In this document: positions 1-9,803 of the stretch, piece by piece
Layout of the letters: every line of letters starts with the position of its first letter
Position numbering within the stretch: the first letter of the stretch is position 1
Assembly (NCBI GenBank): GCA_021200975.1
Contig: JAJQFT010000108.1
Span: forward strand, 186 to 64,185
Length of the DNA stretch: 64,000 bases
Source: Bacillota bacterium
GTDB lineage: Bacteria; Bacillota; Clostridia; Oscillospirales; Oscillospiraceae
Reading direction: 5' to 3'
Translations under genes and position numbers: made by a program
The notes under the pieces: generated by a model
What the model saw: only the letters and a program-made list of their open reading frames with translations
Told to the model about the DNA's origin: nothing
Database searches by the model: none

Positions 1-56
1 GCATAGGAATTGCCGCCGCGGCGCTTGCTTGCGTTGATGATAAGTACCTTTTTCAT
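1..56 (-). CDS. 5' end (about 18 codons) of a flavodoxin-fold / NAD(P)H-dependent FMN-reductase-like gene running off the window
   Basis: Reverse-strand ATG at 56 preceded by GGAGGC. Translation MKKVLIINASKRRGGNSY resembles N-termini of flavodoxin-fold reductases. Too short to be sure. Confidence 0.4.
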   Translation of the reverse strand, partial: MKKVLIINASKRRGGNSY

Positions 57-305
57 GATGATTGCCTCCTAAATTACGCTGTTGAATTTTTCCAATCCAA
101 GGCCTGCCGCGCCTTGCACCGGAAAGAGCCTTCGGCCAATAGTTGTATCAGCCGCTGTTACAACAAGTATAGCATAGAAACGATGTAATGTCAATAGGTA
201 CAACGAAAATTTCCGGAAAAATTTTGAGCCATACTCCGGCAGGGGAGGATGGCTCAAAAGAACGCAGTTTCGCGCCGAACAATTCGGCAGGACGCCGCGG
301 ACAAT

Positions 306-764
306 TTATTCGGGGCTTCCTTCGGAGGCTGCCCGGCAGATGCAGCGCCTAGTATCCGCCACCACGTCGGCAATCGTGATTTTCCGCATTTCGGCTTCCA
401 TCGCGTTCTGAATCCGGGCAAGCTTCTCATCGAGCGCCTGATGAATGTTGTTCCCGACGGGGCAGTTTGGGTTCGGGGACTCATGGAAGTGAAACAGCTC
501 CCCGTCCTCCACGCATTCCACAGCCTTGTATACGTCCAGAAAGGTGATTTCCTCCAGCGGCTTTGCAATGGCGGCGCCGCCGCTGCCGCGCGTTACAGTA
601 ATCAGCCCGGCGGCCTTGAGCTGCTGCAAAATGCGCCGGATCACCACAGGATTGACGTTGACACTGCTGGCCAAGAAATCGCTGGTCAGCTTATGATCCT
701 CCTGAAAAACGTCGATGCAGGCAAATACATGGATTGCGATTGTAAATCTGCTGGAAATCTGCAT
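306..764 (-). CDS. Rrf2-family transcriptional regulator
   Basis: MQISSRFTIAIHVFACI...SDFLASSVNVNPVVIRRILQQLKAAGLITVTRG is a typical Rrf2 winged HTH. Internal ATG at 764 chosen (AAAGGGG RBS) instead of the ORF-track start at 824. Confidence 0.85.
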   Translation of the reverse strand: MQISSRFTIAIHVFACIDVFQEDHKLTSDFLASSVNVNPVVIRRILQQLKAAGLITVTRGSGGAAIAKPLEEITFLDVYKAVECVEDGELFHFHESPNPNCPVGNNIHQALDEKLARIQNAMEAEMRKITIADVVADTRRCICRAASEGSPE

Positions 765-880
765 GGTTCCATACCCCTTTATGCTTTCTGGGGAAAGTAT
801 AGCATCTTTTGGATAGAATTTCAAGCGTTACAAAAAACCTGCCGCTCAAAAGTTGCGCGCCGAATCGCTTCTCCTTCCGC

Positions 881-1825
881 TTATCGGTTGGCGGGGGTGA
901 AGTTGATTTTCACATTGATATGCTGCGCGTGGTTGCCAAAATGCTCCCCGAACAGGTTCAGCCCGCCGATAAATTTGGCGTCGGGCTTAATGCCGATGCG
1001 AAACAGCAGCACGTCGTTTTCACAGATGCCCAGCGTGGCGGGGGTGTGGCCGGATACCCGCTCGCCGTTGATGTAGCTGCCCGTCTGGTCAATATACAGG
1101 CGGTAGAGCTTGCCGTACTGCGTCAAATCCTCCGGCCACCACAGAGGATTGCGGGCGCCGCGGACGCCGCCGAAGTCCCCCTCGCTGGTGAAGGTGCCTA
1201 CCTCCTGGCGGTTTAGCCACAGCGTGATGTCCGAGGGCCAGTCGTTATTGTAGCCCTGCGCCTCGGAGCAGGCTTCAAAGGAGAATTCCACGCTCTCCAC
1301 CGAGGCGGCGTCCCGCAGCTGGGTGGTGCTGACGCGGTATTCCAGATAGCCCTCGGTGAACCACAGGATCTGGGCGCTGCCCCGGTCCGGCAGGTAGAAA
1401 ACGGACGCCTCGTCGGTAGCGCTGAGGAAGCGCTTTTCTGAGGCGATGCCGCAGGGGGCGGTGATTTGAAAATCGAAGTAATTGCCAATCGGCACGGAAT
1501 AGTAAATGGTGCGGATGGGAGAATCGGAGCGGAACGCGGGCTTCAGGTCAATGAATACCTTCTCGACCCGAACACCGCTGAGCTTCTGAGAGCCGCGGAT
1601 GCCGGGCAGCGGCTGGGTAATCACCAGACCTGCCTCCTCCAAGGTCTTGATATGCAGCGCGGCGGTGGACATAGGGATTTGCAGCCGGGCGGCAATCTCG
1701 CTGATGTTCAGAATTTTATCCTCCAGCAGCTTCAGAATGTTCAGCCGCTGCTCAGAGGAGAGGGCTCTGGCGATGGAGAGGATCTGCCGGGTGTCGTTGA
1801 TGCTCAGATGTACCGTTTCATTCAT
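881..1825 (-). CDS. ArsR-type HTH regulator with about 220-aa C-terminal domain of unknown function
   Basis: N-terminus ILSIARALSSEQRLNILKLLEDKILNISEIAARLQIPMSTAALHIKTLEEAGLV is an ArsR/SmtB-type wHTH. RBS GGAAGGAG precedes the ATG at 1825. Confidence 0.75.
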   Translation of the reverse strand: MNETVHLSINDTRQILSIARALSSEQRLNILKLLEDKILNISEIAARLQIPMSTAALHIKTLEEAGLVITQPLPGIRGSQKLSGVRVEKVFIDLKPAFRSDSPIRTIYYSVPIGNYFDFQITAPCGIASEKRFLSATDEASVFYLPDRGSAQILWFTEGYLEYRVSTTQLRDAASVESVEFSFEACSEAQGYNNDWPSDITLWLNRQEVGTFTSEGDFGGVRGARNPLWWPEDLTQYGKLYRLYIDQTGSYINGERVSGHTPATLGICENDVLLFRIGIKPDAKFIGGLNLFGEHFGNHAQHINVKINFTPANR

Positions 1826-2044
1826 ACTCTGGCTCCTTCCTGCTTCTTATTTTACATATTATAACGCATAAGAGCAAAAAAAGGAAGCGATATTTTCCGT
1901 TTTTTTGGATTTTTCTTCAGAGGACGGTTTGGAAAGCTCCAGAATATCTGGAGGCGGAAACAGCATTTATTACAAAAACCCTGTAGCTAATTTGTGCAAA
2001 CGGGAGAAATAAACTGAAATAACCTCGTAGGGACTAGAAAAATG

Positions 2045-2073
2045 TTGACAATCTTTTCACGGTATGCTAATAT
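2045..2073 (+). promoter_or_regulatory. sigma-A-type promoter of the SBP-permease-GH2-GH43 operon
   Basis: TTGACA (2045-2050), 17-nt spacer, TAATAT (2068-2073), about 120 nt upstream of the SBP start. Confidence 0.5.
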
Positions 2074-2193
2074 TGTTTGTGAAAATTGGAGAATTTAGAT
2101 TCAAGAAATTTGCAAAAATTATCTTCCCAAAAAATATTTCCTGCAAACTTTTTGGAACGAAGTTCTTCAAAAAACAAACAGGAGGACAAAACT

Positions 2194-3435
2194 ATGAAAC
2201 TGAAAAAATTGGCAGCGCTGCTGCTCTGTGCCGTCATGATTCTGTCCCTGGCGGCCTGCGGCGGCGGAAGCGGCGGCTCCAGTTCCTCTGAGGACAAGAC
2301 CATCACCTTCTGGTCTGTATTCACCGGAGGCGACGGCACAGCCATGCAGAAAATCATCGATGCCTACAATGCCACCGACCCGGAGTACACCGTTGAGCAC
2401 ATAATGATTGAGCAGACCGACCTGTATACCAAGCTGCCCTTGGTGGTCAGCTCGCAGGAGGGCGTTCCGGATTTGGTCATTCAGCATGTTGACCGGCTGG
2501 CCAGCAATGCCGCCAGCAATATGTATATGCCGCTGGACGATTATATCGCGGCCAACGGCGAAATCAAGGCCGAGAACTACATTTCGTCGGCGTGGGACCC
2601 GGGCGAGATTGACGGCGTCCGCTATGGCATCCCGCTGGACCTGCACAGCTATGTTACCTATTATAATGTAGACCTTGTGAACCAGTACTGCCCCGATATT
2701 CTCGACGACGGTGTGATTACCTTTGAGGAGATTGCGGAGGTCGCGCCCATTGCCGCCGCCGACGGCATTTACACCTACGCAATCACATGGCCGCGCTATG
2801 AGCTGCTTTCGTGGTACTATCAGCTCGGCGGCGTGCTGTCGGAGGATGGGGTCAACCCCTCGTTCAACAACGAAATCTTTGAAAGAGTGTTTCAGGACTT
2901 CCAGGACGCCGTAACCAACCTGTGGTGCACGCAGGACGGCGACCAGCCCAACAACCTCTTCGCGCAGGGCAAGCTGATTTTCCTGCCGGAGGGCACGTGG
3001 ACGCTGTCCACCGTGGAGTACACCGGCATCAACTACGGCGAAACCTACATGATTACCTACGACGCGGACAATATGGTGCAGTGGGCCTCCTCGCATCAGT
3101 TCGTGATTCCCCGCAATGACAGCATGACCGACGAGAAGGCAGCCGCCATCATGGACTTCATCAACTTCGTGGGAGAGAACAGCTACGAGTGGGCTGCCTA
3201 CGGCCAAATCCCGGCGCACGTTTCCGTGCTGGAGGATTCGCGCATCGACGAGCTCCCCCAGAAATTCCTGATTGACGATACCGACGCCCTGATTATCAGC
3301 GACTACCTGTACTACGGCGCGGTTGTGGAGGCGCTCGATACCATCTCCTACGAGATCCCCTTTGGCCGGGTGAGCCCGTCTGAGGGCCTGGCCTCCGCCC
3401 AGCAGATTGTTGTGGACAACATCCGCAACCAGTAA
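2194..3435 (+). CDS. ABC sugar transporter substrate-binding lipoprotein (family 1 SBP)
   Basis: Lipoprotein signal MKLKKLAALLLCAVMILSLAACGG. AGGAGG RBS upstream of the ATG at 2194. First gene of an SBP-permease-permease unit. Confidence 0.9.
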   Translation: MKLKKLAALLLCAVMILSLAACGGGSGGSSSSEDKTITFWSVFTGGDGTAMQKIIDAYNATDPEYTVEHIMIEQTDLYTKLPLVVSSQEGVPDLVIQHVDRLASNAASNMYMPLDDYIAANGEIKAENYISSAWDPGEIDGVRYGIPLDLHSYVTYYNVDLVNQYCPDILDDGVITFEEIAEVAPIAAADGIYTYAITWPRYELLSWYYQLGGVLSEDGVNPSFNNEIFERVFQDFQDAVTNLWCTQDGDQPNNLFAQGKLIFLPEGTWTLSTVEYTGINYGETYMITYDADNMVQWASSHQFVIPRNDSMTDEKAAAIMDFINFVGENSYEWAAYGQIPAHVSVLEDSRIDELPQKFLIDDTDALIISDYLYYGAVVEALDTISYEIPFGRVSPSEGLASAQQIVVDNIRNQ

Positions 3436-3457
3436 AGCCCGAAAGGAGGGCATAGCT

Positions 3458-4363
3458 ATGCGGCTCGCCAAAAAGCGCAGGGTGGATCTGGTGCCCTATT
3501 TATTCATTGCGCCACAGCTGATTCTCTTTGCGATTTTCTTCATCCTTCCCGCCATAATCGGCATCGTTGCGGCCTTCAGCAAATGGAATATCTACACCGA
3601 CTCCGCTCCCATTTTCAACGGCCTTTCCAATTTTGAGCAGATTCTGTTTGACAGCGAAACCTCGTACTATACCATGTTCCGCAACGGCATGGGCAATACC
3701 CTGCTGTTTGTTGTCATCAGTGTGCCGCTGTGCATCCTGCTGCCGCTGTTTATGGCCATTGTCCTGAGCCAGAAGCCGATTGGGCACAAGTTCTTTCAGG
3801 CGCTGTACTATCTGCCCAACATTTTCTCCATCTCCACGGTGATTCTGGTCTGGTTCTATGTGTTCAACCGCTCCGATGGCTTGGCGAACAACTCGCTGTC
3901 CGCCATCCTGGGGCAGACGGTGAACCTCAACTGGCTGGGCACGCAGCCCTTCGCGTGGGTGGCCATTACCATCGTCACCGTGTGGTGGTGCTTGGGAGGC
4001 AACCTGGTGATTTATCTGGCCGCCATTAACGGCGTGTCGGCGGATTTGCTGGAGGCGGCGCAGATCGACGGCGCAGGCCTGCCTACGCGGATGTGGAAAA
4101 TCGTCCTGCCGTCCATCCGGCCCCAGCTTTCCTACACCATCGTGCTGACCACCATCAGCCAGTTCAACATCTACGGCCAGTCGCTGATGCTGACCTCCGG
4201 CGGCCCCGACAGCTCCACCTACACCATGATGATGTACATCCGGCAGCTGGCCTTTGGCTCCAGCTCCGTGGCGGGTATTGCGGCCAGCATGGCGCTGATG
4301 TTCGGCATCGTGATGATTATCACCTCCACGGTGCTCAACCGTGTGACGGCGCAGCGCGATTAA
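3458..4363 (+). CDS. ABC sugar transporter permease (MalF/UgpA type)
   Basis: Polytopic membrane protein with EAA loop LEAAQIDGAGLPTRMWKIVLP. GAAAGGAGG RBS before the ATG at 3458. Confidence 0.9.
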   Translation: MRLAKKRRVDLVPYLFIAPQLILFAIFFILPAIIGIVAAFSKWNIYTDSAPIFNGLSNFEQILFDSETSYYTMFRNGMGNTLLFVVISVPLCILLPLFMAIVLSQKPIGHKFFQALYYLPNIFSISTVILVWFYVFNRSDGLANNSLSAILGQTVNLNWLGTQPFAWVAITIVTVWWCLGGNLVIYLAAINGVSADLLEAAQIDGAGLPTRMWKIVLPSIRPQLSYTIVLTTISQFNIYGQSLMLTSGGPDSSTYTMMMYIRQLAFGSSSVAGIAASMALMFGIVMIITSTVLNRVTAQRD

Positions 4364-4375
4364 GGAGGCAAAAGC

Positions 4376-5224
4376 ATGAGAAAAATTTTCAAGGACAGGA
4401 ATAAGGTAGTGGCCTTTGTGCTCTGCCTCGTGATGGCCATCGTCTGCGTGACCCCGGTGCTTTTCTCCTTCTTCACCTCCGTCCGCTCGGAGCTGGAAAT
4501 CATGACCGGCGGCTTCTCCTTCCTCCCGGCGGACTGGACGTTTGAGAACTATGTGGAGCTGTTCTCCTCGGAGTATTCCACCAGCTACCCCATCCTGCGC
4601 TGGTTCCTCAACTCCATGATTGTGGCGGTGAGCCAGACGATTCTGGTGGTGATTGTGGCTTCGGCCTCGGCCTACGCCTATTCCCGGCTGGAATTCCGGG
4701 GCAAAAACGTGCTTTTCTGGTTCCTGATGGCCACCATGACCTTCCCCAGCGTGATCAACATCATCCCAATGTACAAGATTTGCCAGACGCTGGGCATCGT
4801 CGATACTCTGTGGGCGCTGATTCTCCCCGGCATTCCCGGCGTGTTCAACATCTACCTGATTCGTCAGTTCATGCTGGGCATCCCCAAGGAGCTGGACGAG
4901 GCGGCCATGATCGACGGCGCGAACCGATTCCAGATTTATTACAAGCTGATCCTGCCCCTGTGCACCCCGGTGCTGGTGGTGGTGGCGATGTTCGCCTTCA
5001 CCGGTGCGTGGAACGACTACCTGTGGCCGTCCATCGTGATGAACAAGGTGGATATGCTGACCATTACGCCGGGCCTGCAAAAAATCAAGGACAGCTTCAA
5101 CACCATGCCGGCGCACGCCATTGCCGGCGGCTTTATCTCGGTGATCCCCACCTTTATCTTCTACCTCTTTGCCCAGAAGTATTTCATGAAGGGTATGCAG
5201 ATGCAGGCAGGCGTAAAGGGTTGA
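4376..5224 (+). CDS. ABC sugar transporter permease (MalG/UgpE type)
   Basis: EAA loop DEAAMIDGANRFQIYYKLILP. AAGGAGG RBS. Confidence 0.9.
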   Translation: MRKIFKDRNKVVAFVLCLVMAIVCVTPVLFSFFTSVRSELEIMTGGFSFLPADWTFENYVELFSSEYSTSYPILRWFLNSMIVAVSQTILVVIVASASAYAYSRLEFRGKNVLFWFLMATMTFPSVINIIPMYKICQTLGIVDTLWALILPGIPGVFNIYLIRQFMLGIPKELDEAAMIDGANRFQIYYKLILPLCTPVLVVVAMFAFTGAWNDYLWPSIVMNKVDMLTITPGLQKIKDSFNTMPAHAIAGGFISVIPTFIFYLFAQKYFMKGMQMQAGVKG

Positions 5225-5250
5225 GGAAAGCCGGATTGGAACAAAACCAA

Positions 5251-5330
5251 GGGAAACTCGCAAGAAAATCGCCTTGTGCAGCGCAAAAATCGACGCTGTC
5301 CAGGTTTGCCGATGGATTTCAGAGCTTCCC
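5251..5330. repeat. Intergenic palindromic repeat (long form) with GGGAA(A/G)CTC ... GAGCTTCCC termini
   Basis: GGGAAACTCGCAAGAAAATCGCC...GCCGATGGATTTCAGAGCTTCCC. Aligns by eye with the copy at 52475-52568. Confidence 0.6.
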
Positions 5331-5354
5331 AAGATAAACAAGCGGAGCAAGGAT

Positions 5355-7151
5355 ATGAATCAAACAAGCATTCCAAGACCGGAATACCCAAGGCCGGATT
5401 TCGCCCGGCAGTCCTTTCAGAACCTCAACGGCCAATGGGACTTCGCCTTTGACGACGATGACCGTGGCATAGAGGAGCAATGGTATCGCCGCGCGGATTT
5501 CCCCCGGAAAATCACGGTGCCCTATGTTTACCAGTGCGCCCTTTCCGGGATTCACGAGAAAACCCCGCATCCCATTGTGTGGTACCGCAAAACGCTGCGC
5601 ATCTGCCCGGAGGGGGAGGGCAAGCGTGTCCTGCTGCATTTTGGCGCCGTGGACTACATGGCCACGGTGTGGGTCAATGGCCAGATGGTTGGCTCCCATA
5701 CCGGCGGCAGCACCCCGTTCGAGTTTGACATCACGCCCCAGGTGCGCATGGGGGAGGAGAACACCATCGCCGTGCGGGTATTCGACGACCCCTGCGACAT
5801 GGAGGCACCCCGCGGCAAGCAGTACTGGAAGCAGGAGTCCGAGGGCATCTTCTACACCGCCTCTACCGGCATCTGGCAGACCGTCTGGCTTGAGCAGGTT
5901 AACCCCGACCGCCTGAGCCGGATTTGGGTCACCCCGGACGTAGACCGGAAATGTATCGGCATCCGGATGGAATTGGAGGGCAAATCGGAAAAGCAGGTGC
6001 GCGTTACCGTGAAATTCCGGGGCTACACCTATGCCGACGACCTTGTGCGGGTGGCCAACAACCGCTGCCAGCGGGAATTCTGGCTCGACCAGCGGATTTC
6101 GCTGGACTGGAATCACCAAGAGAGCATGGTCTGGTCGCCGGAAAACCCGGTGCTGTTCGACTTGCACTTCGAGGTGCTGGTAAGCGGCGCAGCCACCGAC
6201 GTGGTGGACAGCTACACCGCCCTGCGGAAGGTAAGCGTAGTGGACGGGAAATTCATGCTGAATAACCGACCCTACTACCAGAAAATGCTCCTCGATCAGG
6301 GCTACTGGCCGACCGGCCTGATTACTGCCCCCAGCGACGAGGATTATATCCGGGATATTCAAGCCTGCAAGGATATGGGCTTCAACGGCGTACGCAAGCA
6401 TCAGAAGGTAGAGGATCCGCGCTACCTGTACCACGCCGACCGGATGGGTCTGCTGGTATGGGGCGAGTGCCCCGCCGCCTACATCTGTTCCCGGAAGGCG
6501 GCTATGGAGCTGACGCAAAGCTGGATGGAAACCATCCGGCGGGACTATAACCACCCGTGCATCCTCTGCTGGGTGCCGCTCAACGAGAGCTGGGGCGTGG
6601 ACGGCATCATGCACAACCCCGAGGAGCAGGCATTCTCCCAGAGCGCTTACTACCTGACTAAGGCGCTCGACCAGACCCGGCTGGTGATTTCCAACGACGG
6701 CTGGAACCATACGGTTTCCGACCTGCTGACCATTCACGACTATGCCGGCGAATACCGGGAGCTGAAGGAGCGCTACGACGGCGAGCTGGAGGGGATCCTC
6801 TCCAGCACCCCGGGGCACCGCACCCTCTATGCACAGGGAAGCCACTACGGCGGGCAGCCCATCATCGTGTCCGAATTCGGCGGAATCGGCTACCGAAAGG
6901 ATGCCCAGCAGGGCTGGGGCTACACCGCCGCCGTATCCGGCGAGGATTTCGCCGAGCGGTATCGGGCCGTGGTTCGGGCGGTGATGGAGTCGCGTCACGT
7001 TCAGGGCTATGTATACACCCAGATCTGCGACGTAGAGCAGGAAATCAACGGCCTGATGACCTACGACCGAAAGTACAAGATCGACCCGAAAATCATCCGG
7101 GAAATCAATCAGTCCCTCCACCATGAAGAGCAAGGAGGAAAATGTACATGA
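5355..7151 (+). CDS. Glycoside hydrolase family 2 (beta-galactosidase/beta-glucuronidase-like), cytoplasmic
   Basis: GH2 sugar-binding block VLLHFGAVDYMATVWVNGQMVGSHTGGSTPFEFDIT. Acid/base context WVPLNESWG and nucleophile context IIVSEFGGIG. No signal peptide. Confidence 0.85.
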   Translation: MNQTSIPRPEYPRPDFARQSFQNLNGQWDFAFDDDDRGIEEQWYRRADFPRKITVPYVYQCALSGIHEKTPHPIVWYRKTLRICPEGEGKRVLLHFGAVDYMATVWVNGQMVGSHTGGSTPFEFDITPQVRMGEENTIAVRVFDDPCDMEAPRGKQYWKQESEGIFYTASTGIWQTVWLEQVNPDRLSRIWVTPDVDRKCIGIRMELEGKSEKQVRVTVKFRGYTYADDLVRVANNRCQREFWLDQRISLDWNHQESMVWSPENPVLFDLHFEVLVSGAATDVVDSYTALRKVSVVDGKFMLNNRPYYQKMLLDQGYWPTGLITAPSDEDYIRDIQACKDMGFNGVRKHQKVEDPRYLYHADRMGLLVWGECPAAYICSRKAAMELTQSWMETIRRDYNHPCILCWVPLNESWGVDGIMHNPEEQAFSQSAYYLTKALDQTRLVISNDGWNHTVSDLLTIHDYAGEYRELKERYDGELEGILSSTPGHRTLYAQGSHYGGQPIIVSEFGGIGYRKDAQQGWGYTAAVSGEDFAERYRAVVRAVMESRHVQGYVYTQICDVEQEINGLMTYDRKYKIDPKIIREINQSLHHEEQGGKCT

Positions 7152-8605
7152 AAACCAAACTGCTTACCCTTTTTCTGGCTGCCGCCACGCTGCTGACCAT
7201 CGCCGGATGCAGCGGCAAAAGCATCGAGCTGAAGGAGCTGCCGGACGAATACACCTACTGCAACGGCAATCAGATTACCGGCATCGGCGACCCGTTCCTG
7301 TTTACCTACGAGGGCAAGTATTACATGACCTCCACGGAGACCGGCACCTCCTACCGGCTGTATGAATCTGACGACCTGAGCACATGGACCCGCATTACCG
7401 ATATTTTCTACAGCAGCGGCACCGAGGGCTGGGTGCGGGGCAGCCTGTGGCAGCCGGAGATTGCCGTCGGCACCGACGGGAATTTTTACCTGTACTACTG
7501 CGGCCTGAACGACGAGGGCAGCCTGCGCATCGGCGTGGCCGTGTCCGACAGCCTGACCGGGCCGTATGTGGACTGCTTTGACGCGCCCCTTTTTGACCTG
7601 GGCTACGCTACCATCGACCCCCACCTGTTTATTGACGACGACGGCAGTATGTATCTGTACTACTCCCGCGATTGCTCCGAGAACGTTGTGGACGGTCACC
7701 ACGTCAGCCAAATCTACGTGGTGGAGCTGGAGGACTACACCCACGTGAAGGAGGGAGCTGAGCACACCCTGCTGCTGACCCCTGAGCAATCCTGGGAGCT
7801 ATTGAATAATGGCGATTACCAATGGAACGAGGGGCCGGAAATGCTGAAAAAGGACGGGGTGTACTACCTGTTCTACTCCGGCGGCTATTACGGCGACAGC
7901 TCCTACGCGATTGGCTACGCCACCTCCGACTCCCCGCTCGGGCCCTTCGTTAAGTATGAGAGCAATCCCATCATTTCCTCCACGGAAACCGTTTCCGGCC
8001 CGGGCAACAACAGCTTCTTCTACACCCTGGACGGTGGAGAGCTGTTTAACGCCTACCATACCCACACCGTTGCCGCCATCGCCGGGGGCAACCGGAAGCT
8101 GACCATCGACCGCTGCGGCTGGCGGGAGGACGGCACCTTCTACATGAACGGCCCCACCTACACCGAGCAGCCCGCGCCCTCCGGGGAAAGCACCCTGACA
8201 AAGATCACAGCCATCACCGGCGTGGAGGCATCCAGCACCAGCTCCGGCACGGCGGAGGCCGTCGTGGACGGGGAGTTTGCCGCCGGTTCCAGCGGTGCAA
8301 AGCAGGAATGGCTGGCCGAGGACGGGGAGAAGGCATCCATCACCATCTATTTTGACGGGGAGCAGAGCATCGACACCCTGTTCCTGTACCGAACCTATGA
8401 GGATTCCGCCGTGCCGGAGAGCGTGAAGATAACCTTCTCCGACGGCAGCGTGATTAAGAATATCTCCTTCCCTGATGACAGCGCCGAGCCTGTCATACTT
8501 CACTTTGATACGGTGATCACCGGGCAGCTGACGATTGAAGCGACGAGCCTCGGCTCGGCAAAGCGCTTCGGTCTGGCGGAAGTGGGGATCTACAGTATAA
8601 GTTAA
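7148..8605 (+). CDS. GH43 glycoside hydrolase lipoprotein with C-terminal discoidin/F5-8-type-C-like domain
   Basis: Lipobox LLTIAGCSG. GH43 catalytic contexts GDPFLF, IDPHLFIDDDG and NEGPEMLKKDGVYYLFYSG. An alternative ATG at 7142 lies only 3 nt after the AGGAGG. Confidence 0.85.
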   Translation: MKTKLLTLFLAAATLLTIAGCSGKSIELKELPDEYTYCNGNQITGIGDPFLFTYEGKYYMTSTETGTSYRLYESDDLSTWTRITDIFYSSGTEGWVRGSLWQPEIAVGTDGNFYLYYCGLNDEGSLRIGVAVSDSLTGPYVDCFDAPLFDLGYATIDPHLFIDDDGSMYLYYSRDCSENVVDGHHVSQIYVVELEDYTHVKEGAEHTLLLTPEQSWELLNNGDYQWNEGPEMLKKDGVYYLFYSGGYYGDSSYAIGYATSDSPLGPFVKYESNPIISSTETVSGPGNNSFFYTLDGGELFNAYHTHTVAAIAGGNRKLTIDRCGWREDGTFYMNGPTYTEQPAPSGESTLTKITAITGVEASSTSSGTAEAVVDGEFAAGSSGAKQEWLAEDGEKASITIYFDGEQSIDTLFLYRTYEDSAVPESVKITFSDGSVIKNISFPDDSAEPVILHFDTVITGQLTIEATSLGSAKRFGLAEVGIYSIS

Positions 8606-8608
8606 TCA

Positions 8609-8770
8609 GGGAAGCTCCGGGAAAATCGCTGCGGCGTCTTGCCCGCCTGATCGCACCGCAAGCGCAGCAGTCTGGCGCGGAAATACGTAAATTCTTCCGC
8701 CGCACCCCAGACCCGCTTGCAGCGCGGTATCCGCGCATTTCACCCTTGCCGATTCGCCCGGCGCTCCCCC
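8609..8770. repeat. Degenerate long copy of the palindromic intergenic repeat
   Basis: Starts GGGAAGCTCCGGGAAAATCGCTGCGGCGTCTTGC (close to 52475-52510) and ends GCCGATTCGCCCGGCGCTCCCC. The interior is diverged. Confidence 0.4.
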
Positions 8771-8794
8771 AAAATAAAAAACGGAGGAATTATC

Positions 8795-9682
8795 ATGAAA
8801 AGAATCATTACCCTGATGCTGGCCGTGCTGCTGGTCGTTTCCGCAGCGCCCCTTACCATGGCGGCATCCACCCTGCCCGCTCCCATCATGAGCTTCGGCT
8901 TCGATGAGGACGAGGGAATGACCATTGTCGGCGGCGAGCTGACCACCGATGCCGACCGCGGCGGCATCCTGACCCTGAACGGCGGCGCGAAGCACGAAAG
9001 CTATGCCACGATTGACTCGGACATCTTCGCCAGCACCGACTGGAGCGACGGTATGACCATCGCCTTCTGGGTCAAGGCGGACAATGCCGATGCCGGTATC
9101 GCCCCGCTGTACTCCTTCAACATTGCCGATAGCGGCTGCGAGGGCTACATCGCCACCACCGACTCTCTGGAAATCGCCATCAATACCGACGGCAACTCCG
9201 GCAACGCCCCCTATGCCCGCGTGTGGGCGGATCCCGCTGTGGTGGATGCCACCGCTGAGCCCGTGCTGACCGCCGGCGAGTGGGAGCACATCGCGGTGAC
9301 CCTGTCCGCCTCCGGCATGACCATCTATGTCAACGGCGAGGTCTATTCCGAGCCCTCGCTGGGTCCCTCCTCGGCCAATGCGAAGGTGTTCCTTGATCAG
9401 CTGCAATACATCTACGGCCTGCAGCTGGGCAACTGGAACTGCGAATGGTGGGAGGACATCGGCGCCTTCGCCGGCTCCTATGACGATGTCTATGTCTTCA
9501 ATTCCTCCCTCTCGCAGGAGGATGTGCAGGCCGTTATGACCGCCAGCTATGCCGACCTTACCGCAGGCTCCAGCAGCGGCTCCGGCGCGGTGATTGGCAT
9601 TGTGGTCGCCGTGGTGGTCGTCGCGGTCGTGGCCGTGGTGGCCGTCGTGGTGCTGAAGAAGAAAAAGCCTACCGACAAGTAA
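8795..9682 (+). CDS. Secreted LamG/concanavalin-like domain protein with C-terminal membrane anchor
   Basis: Signal peptide MKRIITLMLAVLLVVSAAPLTMAAS. LamG-type blocks MTIAFWVKAD and EWEHIAVTLSASGMTIYVNGEVY. C-terminal V/A-rich TM segment plus KKKK. Confidence 0.7.
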   Translation: MKRIITLMLAVLLVVSAAPLTMAASTLPAPIMSFGFDEDEGMTIVGGELTTDADRGGILTLNGGAKHESYATIDSDIFASTDWSDGMTIAFWVKADNADAGIAPLYSFNIADSGCEGYIATTDSLEIAINTDGNSGNAPYARVWADPAVVDATAEPVLTAGEWEHIAVTLSASGMTIYVNGEVYSEPSLGPSSANAKVFLDQLQYIYGLQLGNWNCEWWEDIGAFAGSYDDVYVFNSSLSQEDVQAVMTASYADLTAGSSSGSGAVIGIVVAVVVVAVVAVVAVVVLKKKKPTDK

Positions 9683-9714
9683 CATGGATTTTTTCCACGT
9701 TCATCTTCCAAAAA

Positions 9715-9740
9715 GGGGCTGCCTCGCCTGAGGCAGCCCC
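9715..9740. terminator. Bidirectional stem-loop between the convergent LamG and rluA-like genes
   Basis: GGGGCTGCCTC-GCC-TGAGGCAGCCCC, with an A-run on the left (T-run for the minus strand) and GATTTG on the right. Confidence 0.55.
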
Positions 9741-9803
9741 GATTTGCTGTGCGCTGCGCGGCGTGGCACGGCGAAAAAGTTCCTCTCACTCCGGGAGGGG
9801 CGC

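Noticed and set aside
3500-7133. Long minus-strand ORFs (3500-5350 and 5319-7133), with similar ones at 28270-29751, 33564-35030, 44968-46572 and 46828-48954.
   Set aside because: All are antisense shadows of recognisable sense-strand genes. They are low-complexity, lack family motifs, and would require complete overlap with conserved genes.
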